Below are positions 1 through 9,523 of a DNA stretch of 64,000 nucleotides, one piece after another. The notes under the pieces are model-generated. The model ran no database searches, was not told where the DNA came from, and saw only the letters and a program-made list of their open reading frames with translations. Both the position numbers and the translations under genes were made by a program. The stretch covers positions 1 to 64,000 of the forward strand of contig JAZDCZ010000239.1 in NCBI GenBank assembly GCA_036679605.1, read 5' to 3'. Every line of letters starts with the position of its first letter. The stretch's first letter is position 1. This DNA comes from Gemmatimonadota bacterium (lineage in GTDB: Bacteria > Gemmatimonadota > Gemmatimonadetes > Gemmatimonadales > GWC2-71-9).

Positions 1-328
1 GAGTGAAAGCGGAACCATTGCGCCCAAGCACGGCTATTGCGGCAGCCAGCGCTTGTATCGTATACGAAAGAGCCTACTCAAGGATTGGGAAAAGCCGGCC
101 GGCAGGAATCTTTCCCAGGAGTTCGACATCGCCTTCCTTGCATTCTCCAAGCGCTGCGGGGTGGCTACTGGGCATGCCGAGCGAATCCTGCGAGAGCACC
201 AGGGATTGAGGCACGGCGGATTGTACGGAGGCAGTTGACGCAAGCAGAATATCGAATCCCCACTTGTACGGCCTCCGCTGAATGTAGAATAATGAAGTGA
301 TTGATGCAGGTGAGGCCAGTTCGTAATT

Positions 329-383
329 AGTCCCGGCCTAACGAGGCCGGGCTCGGCCGAGTAAAGCGTCCTGAGAGGACGCG
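329..383. repeat. 55-bp hairpin-rich direct repeat, copy 1 (REP-like)
   Basis: AGTCCCGGCCTAACGAGGCCGGGCTCGGCCGAGTAAAGCGTCCTGAGAGGACGCG; 53/55 identical to 1196-1250; two stem-loops plus the palindrome CTCGGCCGAG. Confidence 0.9.
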
Positions 384-406
384 TAGGCCATCGATGCACA
401 TGCAGA

Positions 407-832
407 TCATGTCGGGGTGAACAGGGAAACCCCCACCTGTCCGCACGCAGCTCTAAGCGCCTCGTCGCGCGTCGCCAGATTTTCACCTATCCGCATCGCC
501 AGGTCCAGGTACGCTGCGTCATAAGACGACAGACCGAAGGAGCGTGCCAGCGACAGAACGGCTGTGAACGCCCGGTCGTGCCCACCCTCGTCTACCAAAA
601 TCGGCAAATCGCTCAGCAACTCAATAAAGCGCGCAGACTCGGCTTCCTTCAATCGTCGACGGCGCTCAGCAACAGCGAGGACATTCGCCACCTCCAGCGA
701 CCAGATGCCTGGCACTATACCCCGACCCGTCGCTAGGGCGTCGAGCACAGCGTCGGCGTACTCGTCGTTCTCGTCTTCAAAGCACCACGCCATCGTCACC
801 GAGCAATCAAGGACGAGAGTGGAGTTGCTCAC
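407..832 (-). CDS. vapC: Type II toxin, VapC/PIN-domain ribonuclease
   Basis: PIN motifs LVLDCSV, LEVANVL, LSSYDAAYL, LATRD; 4-nt overlap with upstream antitoxin. Confidence 0.93.
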   Translation of the reverse strand: MSNSTLVLDCSVTMAWCFEDENDEYADAVLDALATGRGIVPGIWSLEVANVLAVAERRRRLKEAESARFIELLSDLPILVDEGGHDRAFTAVLSLARSFGLSSYDAAYLDLAMRIGENLATRDEALRAACGQVGVSLFTPT

Positions 833-1068
833 CGCCTACCCTCCTGCTTCATCTTCTCGATCGTGCCGGGCCGGAGCTTGCGCCCAGCTCGAAACCGCCG
901 CAGTTCTGCAACCACCTGACAGGGATCCCTGCCACGTTCCGGAGCTACCGGAACAAGGCGCGCGACGGGCGTGCCGTGCTTGGTGATCGTAATTCGCTCG
1001 CCACGAGACACTCGATCGAGCAACTTGGGAAGGTGCGTTTTCGCTTCGTAGGCGCCAATGTGTTTCAT
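829..1068 (-). CDS. Type II antitoxin, Phd/YefM family
   Basis: IGAYEAKTHLPKLLDRVSRGERITITKHGTPVARLVP is a typical Phd N-terminal domain. Confidence 0.93.
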   Translation of the reverse strand: MKHIGAYEAKTHLPKLLDRVSRGERITITKHGTPVARLVPVAPERGRDPCQVVAELRRFRAGRKLRPGTIEKMKQEGRR

Positions 1069-1071
1069 AGA

Positions 1072-1124
1072 TTAGACCGGTCTAAGACTAGTCTGAATAT
1101 GGTATGTAGCTGAAGTAAGAGCAA
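1072..1124 (-). promoter_or_regulatory. Sigma70-type promoter and tandem palindromic operator of the TA operon
   Basis: Minus strand TTGCTC-N17-CATATT (1124-1096); palindromes AGACCGGTCT (1074-1083) and AGACTAGTCT (1085-1094) lie between the -10 box and the ATG. Confidence 0.75.
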
Positions 1125-1195
1125 GGGATCATCTAGGGCTGCCCGGGAATACGGGTTGCCTCAGAAACTCACTAATCTCAAGCGTAGGTGTGGGA

Positions 1196-1250
1196 AGTCC
1201 CGGCCTGACGAGGCCGGGCTCGGCCGAGTAAAACGTCCTGAGAGGACGCG
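1196..1250. repeat. 55-bp hairpin-rich direct repeat, copy 2 (REP-like)
   Basis: AGTCCCGGCCTGACGAGGCCGGGCTCGGCCGAGTAAAACGTCCTGAGAGGACGCG; 2 mismatches versus copy 1. Confidence 0.9.
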
Positions 1251-1455
1251 CCGCTCACTCGTCCTCGAGCTGCTTCAACCTCTGGTTGAAATGACGCTCG
1301 GCCCGGGCATGCGGTACGCCTTTGCTCTCCTGTAATTGGCGATCTCCACGCGCAAGATACTTCATCAACAACAGTGCTTGGCGCTGGCGCTGGAACCACG
1401 TCACATTTTGAGCCACGGCCGTCTCTCTTTCTGCGAAATCATTATTGTCGGCGGA

Positions 1456-2142
1456 CTAATTCTTCCCAATCGTCGTACTCCAAAGCAACACTGCACCACA
1501 CTTGTGCCTCTTCGGATCGGGGTTGCGGTACTCGAGAGGTATGTCGTAGTGGCCTGCGTACACTTCGATCCCATATACCCAGTCGAGCGGAATCCTGTCC
1601 CCGAATGTCTTGGACGGTGACCCGTCCAGATATACGTCCATGCACCTCGACACAACCAGCGGGGCACCCAACGCTATGATATCCCTGACCGTTCCAGCGC
1701 GAAGCTGTTCGATCTCCGTCCTGTTGAAGGAGTAACCCCACTTGATGTTCCTGCGCGACAGGAACTCACGCTGACCGGGAGTCTCGGCCGTCTGGCCGAG
1801 GATGGTGACTGCCTCCAACAGCGTTACCTGTGGAGCCAGGTTAACCCGGATGTCGATGGTTTGCTCGCCGCCAAACTCGATCGCGGCGTATTGCGGCTTG
1901 TAACCGATGCGGCGGACGCGCAAGAGATACCGTCCGGCATCGGGCGCCCTGAGCGCGAACGCCCCGTCCTTCTCGGTGAGGAACATCGCGACGTGAGTAG
2001 CGTCAGACCTGACCAACTGCACGGTAGCGCCCTCCAGCAACGAGTCGTATTCGGCAACCGCAACCACGCCGCGGACAGTCTGCGCATGTACTTGGGTTAC
2101 TACCAACGCTGCGAGCAGAACCAGCAGTTTGTCACTTTTCAC
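1456..2142 (-). CDS. Secreted carboxypeptidase-regulatory-like domain protein with a plug-like C-terminal domain
   Basis: Signal peptide (VHA-Q); TVRGVV...TEKDGAF...GRYLLRVRRIGY; C-terminal VYLDG...GIEVY...CGAVLLW. Confidence 0.8.
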   Translation of the reverse strand: MKSDKLLVLLAALVVTQVHAQTVRGVVAVAEYDSLLEGATVQLVRSDATHVAMFLTEKDGAFALRAPDAGRYLLRVRRIGYKPQYAAIEFGGEQTIDIRVNLAPQVTLLEAVTILGQTAETPGQREFLSRRNIKWGYSFNRTEIEQLRAGTVRDIIALGAPLVVSRCMDVYLDGSPSKTFGDRIPLDWVYGIEVYAGHYDIPLEYRNPDPKRHKCGAVLLWSTTIGKN

Positions 2143-2161
2143 ATCTCACATTTCACCGCTT

Positions 2162-3599
2162 CTAGGGAATCGAATCACCTTCGATCCACTTCATCAACCG
2201 CCCTGTCTCGAGCAACTCCCCGGGTTGAACCTGATTGATGATCGCCAACTTCTGCAAACTCACCGCCGAAGGATACGCTTGGTTGAACTGGGTGAGGGTC
2301 ATCGGCTTCAACAGTTCGATTATCCGTAGTCGCATGGGTTGCGCGGTGAGCGCCCGCATTTCCGTCAGCCGGTCGAAGCTCTGGACGGCGCCGCGGATGG
2401 CCTGTTGGTAACGGCTCCAGCCGCCGCTCGTGGAAACACCCAAGAGCCGAAATACGTCGTCACCGTATTCGACGTAGGTGACATTCCCGCGCAGAACCTG
2501 CTGATCCGTTCGCACGCTGAAATCTGCACTTGCCGACGTCAGGCCGTGGATCTTTCCCGACACGACCGAACCGCCGCTAACGCCCTCTTGACCCACGAAG
2601 CCACGCGCGAGGTCCCGTGGCGTGCCACCGCCCTCGGCTAGCGTCACTTCGAGCATGGCATCCTTACGCGGGCTCTGGCCCAGCACCGCTTGTTTCTGAT
2701 TCACGGTCTGCCATTCGGGCGGGAACTCGATCTCGAACCGCAAATCCGGATGCATGAACCGCTGGCCACTGAAGAAACCGTCACGAGGATTAACGCCGAA
2801 AATGAGCCCGTCGATTCGCTCGAGGTATTCGACATCTCCAACAGCATACGAGGAAAAGTCTACACCGCTTCCGGTGATCTGAGACTCGATTCTCCGTTCC
2901 CTGTCTGCCGATGTCGGGTGAGTCGACTGCCAATTTGGGACACCCGGTCCGCCCGCAGCGGCCGTTATCCTACCCAACATGCCGAAGACCTTCACCATCT
3001 CCCTGGCGTCGTAGCCATGCTGCCGCATGTAGCGGAAGCCGAGTTCGTCCGCTTGCCGTTCTGCGCCTCTGCTGTTCTTCAAGTACAACAATCCCAAGCC
3101 GCTGTTTGCAAGCCCTGCAAAATCCTGCAGACCGGGCGCCAATATCATGCCTACTCCCAGACCGATTTGACCCAGCTGTTGCCGTGACATCTGGGCCGCG
3201 GAATGGCGCGCCGTAATGTGGCCCGTCTCATGGCCCAAGACGGCCATCAACTGCGCCTCCGATTGAAAGTGTGCGAGTATGCCACGGGACGGCAAAGGCG
3301 TTGACTATCGGGTCGTCGACCACGCTGAACTTCCACGGTAGGTGCGGACGCTCAGATTGCGCGGCGATCTTCATGCCGAGGTCTCGCACGTAAACCTGCA
3401 GTTCCGGATCGTCGTACAGGCCGAAAGAGGCGAGGACCTGCGGATCGGCTGCCTGGCCCATGCGGATCTCCTGATTCTCGCTGATCAACATGAGTTGGAG
3501 ACCGCCGGTGGCAGGATTTCGCACACACGAAGCCACAGTGGCGGCACAGAGAAGGGCTGCGACGGCGGTCGCATGAACGGATCGCCGAGGAGTTTTCAC
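2162..3599 (-). pseudogene. M48 family zinc metalloprotease lipoprotein, frameshifted at about 3287
   Basis: ORF 3228-3599 has a lipobox (VASC) and ends its homology at VNAFAV; ORF 2162-3295 resumes in another frame at RGILAHF...HETGH (HExxH); the usual PGGxIYxT segment is missing. Confidence 0.8.
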
Positions 3600-3620
3600 A
3601 CTGGAAACATACCTCGACGA

Positions 3621-4406
3621 CTACGGCTTGAGCAACAGTTCCTCGAATAGGGATATGGCTCTGGGGTCGTTGCTCTGACCCAGCCAGAAGATCGCCTTCT
3701 TGCGAATGGCCGGATCGGGGTGGGTTCTAACGATACGGATCAGAATAGGCACACCCTCATCTTTGCGCAGTTGAGAGATCGCAAAGACGGCACTCTCCCG
3801 CACGTCATTGTCACCTGAACCGTCAGTTACCAATTCTTCGAGCCCCTCGCTCGCAGCCTTGCCAGCAGCCTGAGCCACCCAGAATACGGCGCTCTTTCTT
3901 GTTGCCTTCGGTCGTGTATCGTCTTTCGCAATAGCAAGTAATTGTGGCCAGACCACGGCGCTGTCCGCCAAGGTCGCGGGAAAGACGGCCTCTTTACTGG
4001 CGCGCCCATCTTCATTAGCCGCGAGTGATAGCAGGTACTCTGCTGCCGCCGGTGCAGGCACCACGCCGAGGTCCAGAACATCGTCGCGCCCACCGCGCCA
4101 CCGTCCTCCGACGTAGGCGTCGATATCGATGATTTGCCGATCGCGCACGTCGATGGCAACTCTGACCGGTCCGGATTCGCACCAACTCTCCCAATCGTCG
4201 GTTTGACTACTTGTCGAAATGTTGCGACCGTTGCCACACACCCCGGCCCGTGCCGCAAAACTCATCCGCACCTGTCCATCACGCAGCGATGCTACACGGT
4301 CTGCGATCGACTGGGCAGCTGTGGTTGTAGCTACTACCAGGGCGGCGACGCCCGAAACAATCGCGCGGGTCATTGGTTTATCAGCTCTCTCATTTTCATG
4401 TGTCAC
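3621..4406 (-). CDS. Secreted HEAT-repeat protein
   Basis: Signal peptide; repeats RKSAVFWV, RESAVFAISQ, RKKAIFWLGQ; start may be MTRAIV slightly downstream. Confidence 0.85.
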   Translation of the reverse strand: MTHENERADKPMTRAIVSGVAALVVATTTAAQSIADRVASLRDGQVRMSFAARAGVCGNGRNISTSSQTDDWESWCESGPVRVAIDVRDRQIIDIDAYVGGRWRGGRDDVLDLGVVPAPAAAEYLLSLAANEDGRASKEAVFPATLADSAVVWPQLLAIAKDDTRPKATRKSAVFWVAQAAGKAASEGLEELVTDGSGDNDVRESAVFAISQLRKDEGVPILIRIVRTHPDPAIRKKAIFWLGQSNDPRAISLFEELLLKP

Positions 4407-4414
4407 GGTAGCCT

Positions 4415-6016
4415 CTACCGTAGATCTCTATTGATTATCTCGAGCAGAAATTCAGGTACCCGAGGGTCCTTCGACTGCCCCAGCCAGAAGATCGCCTTCT
4501 TCTGTAGCTCGCGATCGGTCTCTTCCTTGACGATGTTCATCAGGGCGTCCACCGCAGCTGTTTCTTTGCGCTGCGACAACACGAAGATCACTTGTTCTCG
4601 CATCTCGCGATCGTCCATGGTCGAGTAGAGTTCGTTGAGACCATCAATCGGGATCTTCCGCTTTTGACCCGCCCAAAACAGCGCCGACTTGCGCAGCTTG
4701 ATGGGTTCGTTCTTGTTGAGTGCAATATCTAGAAGCCATTTGCCCGCCTCTTCGCCACGCTGTTGCGACAATGCGAAGATGATTTTCTCCTTTAGTTTGT
4801 TGCTTTCGACGGTGCCATAGAGATCACGCAGGAATTGATCGTTGTCGCCGCGGCTCTGGCCCAGCCAAAAGATCGTGTTCTCACGCAGCTTGTCCGGCAC
4901 ATCCCTGCGCTGGGCATAGCGCCGTAAGGCCTGGGTTGCGCGTTCACTCCTGTGCTGCGACAACGCAAAGATCGCCTTCTCTTGAATCTTCTGGTTATCC
5001 GACCCCAGTAGAATTGAATCGAGTGCGATGACCGCTTCCTCACCGCGTACCTGCGAAAGCCAGAACACTGCCTGCTCGCGCACCTCCTGATCGGGATCGT
5101 TCCGTGCAACACTCAGTAGAGTGGCTGTCGTCTCGGGCCCGCGTTTTTGGGAAACCAACCAAACGGCTTTGCGTCGCAGCTGCACGGAACACCCGTCCCG
5201 TCGCTCCAGCACTCGTCTCAAGATCGGAACCGCTCTATCGGAGTCCATGTTGAGCAATGCGTTCAAGGCCATCACCCGAACGTCATCTTCTTCCTCTGGA
5301 CACCCTTGTCCCTGACTCTCCGCCTGCCGGGCAATGTCCTGGGCCGCATTCGCGTTACCACGCTGCGCCAAGCGGCCTCGAACCTGTACGGCTAGCGATC
5401 TGGCATCCTCGTGAGTGGAAGCGTCGGGATGATTTTCACCCTGTTGCTGGAGCAGGTCGAGCGCGATCTCGAGTTGATCCATATCGCCCAAGCGGTAACG
5501 CGCGAAGGCCTCCCAGTAATAGGCGTCCGGCGCATACTCGGACTTGCCATACCGTGTCCGGATCTGACGAAACAGTCCCGCGGCACGTTCCCAGTTCCTG
5601 CCATTCAACTCACGGCGTGCCAAACGGTATATCGAGTCAGCCGGATCCCCCTGGATCCACGGTACGGGGGGTCGGACAGATTCGTCCGAGCCCCATCCAC
5701 CCAATGCAACACCGCTCCACGGCCCAAGAGACCAGCCGCTCATAGACATGGACAGCTCGGCCATCCCAGCTGATAAACCCTGAAGCCCAGACAACCCTTG
5801 CAGTCCCTGTAGCGGGGCGAGACTTTCGAGGGCGGTCATCCCCTGTAACGCACTAAGGCCGGACAGTTGTTCAGACAAACCTGCCAACTCCGTCATCGCA
5901 ACGCCGAGCCCCGCCAGCTCGGCAGGATCCGGTTCTTGTGCCACTGCCGTCGAGACCAGAGATGTACTCAAGGCCAAAGCCGCGACCGTCACATTCCATC
6001 TGCTTATTTGCATCAA
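4415..6016 (-). CDS. Secreted TPR (BamD-like) plus HEAT-repeat protein
   Basis: Signal peptide; YAPDAYYWEAFARY TPR; many Rxx[AI]xF[WA]L[SG]Q HEAT repeats. Confidence 0.88.
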   Translation of the reverse strand: MMQISRWNVTVAALALSTSLVSTAVAQEPDPAELAGLGVAMTELAGLSEQLSGLSALQGMTALESLAPLQGLQGLSGLQGLSAGMAELSMSMSGWSLGPWSGVALGGWGSDESVRPPVPWIQGDPADSIYRLARRELNGRNWERAAGLFRQIRTRYGKSEYAPDAYYWEAFARYRLGDMDQLEIALDLLQQQGENHPDASTHEDARSLAVQVRGRLAQRGNANAAQDIARQAESQGQGCPEEEDDVRVMALNALLNMDSDRAVPILRRVLERRDGCSVQLRRKAVWLVSQKRGPETTATLLSVARNDPDQEVREQAVFWLSQVRGEEAVIALDSILLGSDNQKIQEKAIFALSQHRSERATQALRRYAQRRDVPDKLRENTIFWLGQSRGDNDQFLRDLYGTVESNKLKEKIIFALSQQRGEEAGKWLLDIALNKNEPIKLRKSALFWAGQKRKIPIDGLNELYSTMDDREMREQVIFVLSQRKETAAVDALMNIVKEETDRELQKKAIFWLGQSKDPRVPEFLLEIINRDLR

Positions 6017-6651
6017 AGTGCTCCTTGTACGTTCATTAATCTCGGGCCGGCCGGCATGACCGCGTGAAGCTTCAACAGCACACTTCGCTCCTCCATGCCC
6101 TGCGTCACCAATTCCAATTCGTCACCGTTCCGGCTCGTCCGGAGCTGGGCTATTTGCATTAGTAAGAATTCCAGATCGTCCAACAGGTCGCTCATCCGGA
6201 CGTCCTGCGCCGCCGGCGACGCTTGCAACAACCTTGTGGTCGTGAGCAATTGCCGCGCGGGGTTCGCGTCTCCAAAGGCTACGCGTCCGGCGCGCGCGTC
6301 GGTGCGGAACATCGTGAGAAACGTCTCCGCATCACTCAGATAGTTGGCCGCAACGACACGGTACACATCGGCGACCGCCGAGGACTCAGCGACAGCGCTG
6401 GCGGCCGTTATCGGCTCATCACCACCCACTCGGTCCAGTTGCATTCCGATACCGATACCGAGCACAAGAGCAGCGGCAATTCCCATTCCCCAACGGACCC
6501 AGGGTGTAGTAACGAATACGACCTTGGTGTCTCGCTCAGCCCTACGGCCCTGCCGGATCTGCGCCCAGATTTCTTCGCGGGGGGTCTCCGGCACTGGATT
6601 ATGATCGCGCGCAGCTTCACGTAGGAATTTTTCGAACTGTTCTTCAGTCAT
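6013..6651 (-). CDS. Putative single-pass anti-sigma factor
   Basis: ATGA overlap with the sigma factor stop; short cytoplasmic region (PREEIWAQI), then TM WGMGIAAALVLGIGIG. Confidence 0.75.
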   Translation of the reverse strand: MTEEQFEKFLREAARDHNPVPETPREEIWAQIRQGRRAERDTKVVFVTTPWVRWGMGIAAALVLGIGIGMQLDRVGGDEPITAASAVAESSAVADVYRVVAANYLSDAETFLTMFRTDARAGRVAFGDANPARQLLTTTRLLQASPAAQDVRMSDLLDDLEFLLMQIAQLRTSRNGDELELVTQGMEERSVLLKLHAVMPAGPRLMNVQGAL

Positions 6652-7190
6652 GATGCCCATTCTCCTGCAAATTCCGCCAACGCCACACGCAGCTTCGACC
6701 TTGCCCGAAACAGCTGCGCTTTGGACGTACCGACTTGGGTGCCCATAGCATCGCTGATTTCCTTATGCGTGTATCCCTCTACGTCGTGCATGACAAACAC
6801 CATCCTGTATTTAGTCGGCAGATCGTCGATCGCGCGCGACAATTTTTCTTTCAAGTCGGGTTCCGCTTCTACCGATTGCCCGCCCAGCGAATCCGCTTCC
6901 TCCAGTACCACCTCGCGCTGCCGAAACCGCTTCACCTTCCTGAGCCCGTTGTAGATTACCGACGTGGCAATCGACCCGAGCCAGGTACCGAACGCCGCTT
7001 CCCCCCTGAACTGCTGCATCTTATCGAAGGCACGGATAAAGGTCTCCTGGGTCATATCTTGCGCCAGGTCGGAATCACCCGTCAGGCGGTATGCCAGCCG
7101 GTAGATTCGGTCCACGTGTGCGTCGTAAAGCTCTCGTTCCGCGGCGGCCTCACCCTGCCGGACCCGCTCGATCAGTCTCGTCTCGTCCAA
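6648..7190 (-). CDS. ECF RNA polymerase sigma factor
   Basis: Region 2 AQDMTQETFIRAF...FGTWL; region 4 LPTKYRMVFVMHDVEGYTHKEI...GTSKAQLFRAR; TTG start at 7190 preferred because a promoter motif lies inside the longer ORF. Confidence 0.93.
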   Translation of the reverse strand: MDETRLIERVRQGEAAAERELYDAHVDRIYRLAYRLTGDSDLAQDMTQETFIRAFDKMQQFRGEAAFGTWLGSIATSVIYNGLRKVKRFRQREVVLEEADSLGGQSVEAEPDLKEKLSRAIDDLPTKYRMVFVMHDVEGYTHKEISDAMGTQVGTSKAQLFRARSKLRVALAEFAGEWAS

Positions 7191-7230
7191 CCAGGTCCCC
7201 GGGCTGTAGGTTCTCGTGCCTTCGTGTTCA

Positions 7231-7258
7231 TAGACACATGATGGGGGAAAAGGGTTAC
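7231..7258 (-). promoter_or_regulatory. Probable ECF-dependent (autoregulatory) promoter
   Basis: Minus strand GTAAC-N18-GTCTA about 40 nt upstream of the sigma start; AAC (-35) and GTC (-10) cores are typical of ECF promoters. Confidence 0.65.
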
Positions 7259-7322
7259 GGTGGTAAAGGGCGGACAAACTGGGCGGTATGACTGGAAGGC
7301 AACTACAGAGTTCTGCCGCCCT

Positions 7323-8162
7323 TTACTTTCGCCCTTCCCCAAGCTTCGGCAGCACCCCTCTTACCAACCGCTCCAGATCGACGGCCAATTCCTTCCCAGC
7401 CTCCAACACCTCTTCGTGATTCAACACGCCTTGAAACAACCCGGCACCCATGTTGGTGATGCTGGAGATACCTAGGACCTTGAGTCCGCGCGCACGCGCG
7501 ACCAGCACTTCCGGCACCGTGGACATCCCCACCGCGTCGGCGCCGAATTTTTGCAGCATACGGACCTCGGCGGGGGTCTCGTAACACGGACCCAACAGGC
7601 TCAGGTAGACGCCCTCCTCGAGTCTTATACCCAGCTCCAGTGCGACCTTGCGAGTCGCCGATCTGAGATCGGCGTCATATAGATCGTGCAGGTCGGGAAA
7701 CCGCGGCTCGCCGTCTACCACGGGACCCGTGAGCGGGCTCCCCCTCCCCCCCATCATGTTTATGTGATCTGCGATCAGCATGAGCGTTGGCGGCTGCATG
7801 GCGGGCCGCAAACATCCGGCAGCATTGGTCACGATCAAGTACTCCACACCCAACTCGGCAAATACCCTCACGGGCAAGGCCACCGTCTCGCCGTCGTGTC
7901 CTTCGTACAGATGGAAGCGTCCGCTCTGCAACACGACAGGGACCTCCTCGACAACACCGGTCACAAGTTCACCACTGTGCCCTACAACGGTAGACGACGG
8001 AAACCCCGGTATCTCGGAATACGGGATGCGAGTTCCGCCACTCACCGAATCGGCGAGCCGCCCCAGCCCCGATCCCAGCACGACCGCGACCTTGGGGTGA
8101 AACTCACCCAGCCGGGCACGCAAGAAATCGGCAGCTAGGTCCAACGTGGGGGCGCTGCTCAC
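7323..8162 (-). CDS. punA: Purine-nucleoside phosphorylase (trimeric type)
   Basis: VLGSGLG, VVGHSG, GRFHLYEG, TNAAG, GPCYETPAE, VGMSTVPE, SITN. Confidence 0.95.
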   Translation of the reverse strand: MSSAPTLDLAADFLRARLGEFHPKVAVVLGSGLGRLADSVSGGTRIPYSEIPGFPSSTVVGHSGELVTGVVEEVPVVLQSGRFHLYEGHDGETVALPVRVFAELGVEYLIVTNAAGCLRPAMQPPTLMLIADHINMMGGRGSPLTGPVVDGEPRFPDLHDLYDADLRSATRKVALELGIRLEEGVYLSLLGPCYETPAEVRMLQKFGADAVGMSTVPEVLVARARGLKVLGISSITNMGAGLFQGVLNHEEVLEAGKELAVDLERLVRGVLPKLGEGRK

Positions 8163-9523
8163 ATGAGCATTCCGGCTAGGCTCGCAGACATAAACGCCGC
8201 CAGGTTGCCACCGATCATGGCCTTTAAGCCCAGGCGCGAAAGATCACCGCGTCTCTCGGGAGCTATTCCACCTATTCCGCCAATCTGGATGGCTATGGAC
8301 GGAATATTCGCGAAACCCAGCAGTGCGTAGGTCAAGATCAAGACCGACCTCGGCGACAGTGTTGTTGAGGGATCGCCTAACGTCGCGGCCAGTTGGAGAT
8401 ACGCAATGAATTCAGTCAGGACGATCTTCACGCCGATCAGCGACCCGACAACACCGGCGTCCGCCATCGGTACGCCCATGAGCCATGCAAGAGGCGAAAG
8501 CACCCACCCAAAGATCGTCTCGAGCGACAGTCCCGGGATCAGTCCGAGAAGGGCGTTTAACATGTAGGTCAGTGCAACAAAGGCCAAGAGCATGGCGGCC
8601 ACGTTTAATGCCAATTGCATACCCTGACCAGCTCCGGCCGCGGCCGCGTCGATTACGTTGGCGTCTTTATCAGCAATCGCAATCTTGAGCGACGACTTGG
8701 TGACCGGTTCACCCGTTTCCGGTACGAGCAACTTTGAGATTACCAAAGCCGCCGGCGCATTCATAACCGCCGCGGTCAGCAGGTGACCGGCAATATCGGG
8801 AAAGTAGGGAGTCAGCATGGCAACGTACGCTGCCATCACACCGCCGGCGATCGTGGCGAAACCTCCGACCATGACTGTGTTCAACTCGGACAAGGTCATC
8901 TTGCCAACGAAAGGCTTGATGAGCAATGGCGCTTCGGTCTGCCCCACGAAGATGTTGCCCGCCACCGAGAGGCTCTCTGCCCCTGACGTATGCATAGTGC
9001 GCTGCATAACCCACGCTAGACCCTGCACCACTCGCTGCATGATGCCCAGATAGTAGAGCACTGACATGAGCGACGAAAAGAAGATGATCGTGGGAAGCAC
9101 GCTGAATGCAAAGAACGCTCCCGTGTTGGCCCAGAGTTCGGGAGAGCTGAGCGGGCCGCTGGCGGGGTCGCCCACCGGAGTACCGACCGGAACGTTGCTC
9201 TGAACCAGGTTGCCAAAGATGAAACGCGCGCCCTGTTCCGTGAAGCCAAGCAACTGTGTAAAGACCGTGTTCGCGCCCTGAAACAGGAAGCGACCCACGC
9301 CGGTGTTCAGCACCACGAAACCGAGCAACGCCTGTAGTACGACACCGGTTCCAACCAGCTTCCAGTTCACCTTCTTGCGGTTGTTCGACAGGGCCCAGGC
9401 GATCAGCACCATCGTCCCGATGCCGACGATCCCCATGAGGCGTTGCAAGAACGGAGTGTCGAGCCCGTCGCGTGCCGCCGCCAACTGCTCGGCGGCGCTC
9501 TGAACCAACCACATGCCGGTCAT
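8159..9523 (-). CDS. nupC: Concentrative nucleoside transporter (CNT/NupC family)
   Basis: VLPTIIFFSSL, NIFVGQTEAPL, GFATIAGGV, LLGFANIPSIAIQIGG. Confidence 0.95.
   Translation of the reverse strand: MTGMWLVQSAAEQLAAARDGLDTPFLQRLMGIVGIGTMVLIAWALSNNRKKVNWKLVGTGVVLQALLGFVVLNTGVGRFLFQGANTVFTQLLGFTEQGARFIFGNLVQSNVPVGTPVGDPASGPLSSPELWANTGAFFAFSVLPTIIFFSSLMSVLYYLGIMQRVVQGLAWVMQRTMHTSGAESLSVAGNIFVGQTEAPLLIKPFVGKMTLSELNTVMVGGFATIAGGVMAAYVAMLTPYFPDIAGHLLTAAVMNAPAALVISKLLVPETGEPVTKSSLKIAIADKDANVIDAAAAGAGQGMQLALNVAAMLLAFVALTYMLNALLGLIPGLSLETIFGWVLSPLAWLMGVPMADAGVVGSLIGVKIVLTEFIAYLQLAATLGDPSTTLSPRSVLILTYALLGFANIPSIAIQIGGIGGIAPERRGDLSRLGLKAMIGGNLAAFMSASLAGMLM

Noticed and set aside
1..300. Possible 3' end of a CDS (frame ending at 238) and other short overlapping ORFs
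   Set aside because: No recognisable motif, and I cannot tell which frame, if any, is coding.
329..1250. Repeats as integron attC sites or a CRISPR array
   Set aside because: GCCTAAC occurs only in copy 1 and the far end reads CGTAGGC, not GTTRRRY. There are only two copies, 867 bp apart, and no integrase or cas gene.
1196..1250. Hammerhead ribozyme (CTGACGA in copy 2)
   Set aside because: The motif is buried in a hairpin, is mutated in copy 1, and no GAAA core follows a stem II.
7191..7277. N-terminal extension of the ECF sigma in the ORF track
   Set aside because: It spans the probable promoter; sigma homology starts at LDETRLI.
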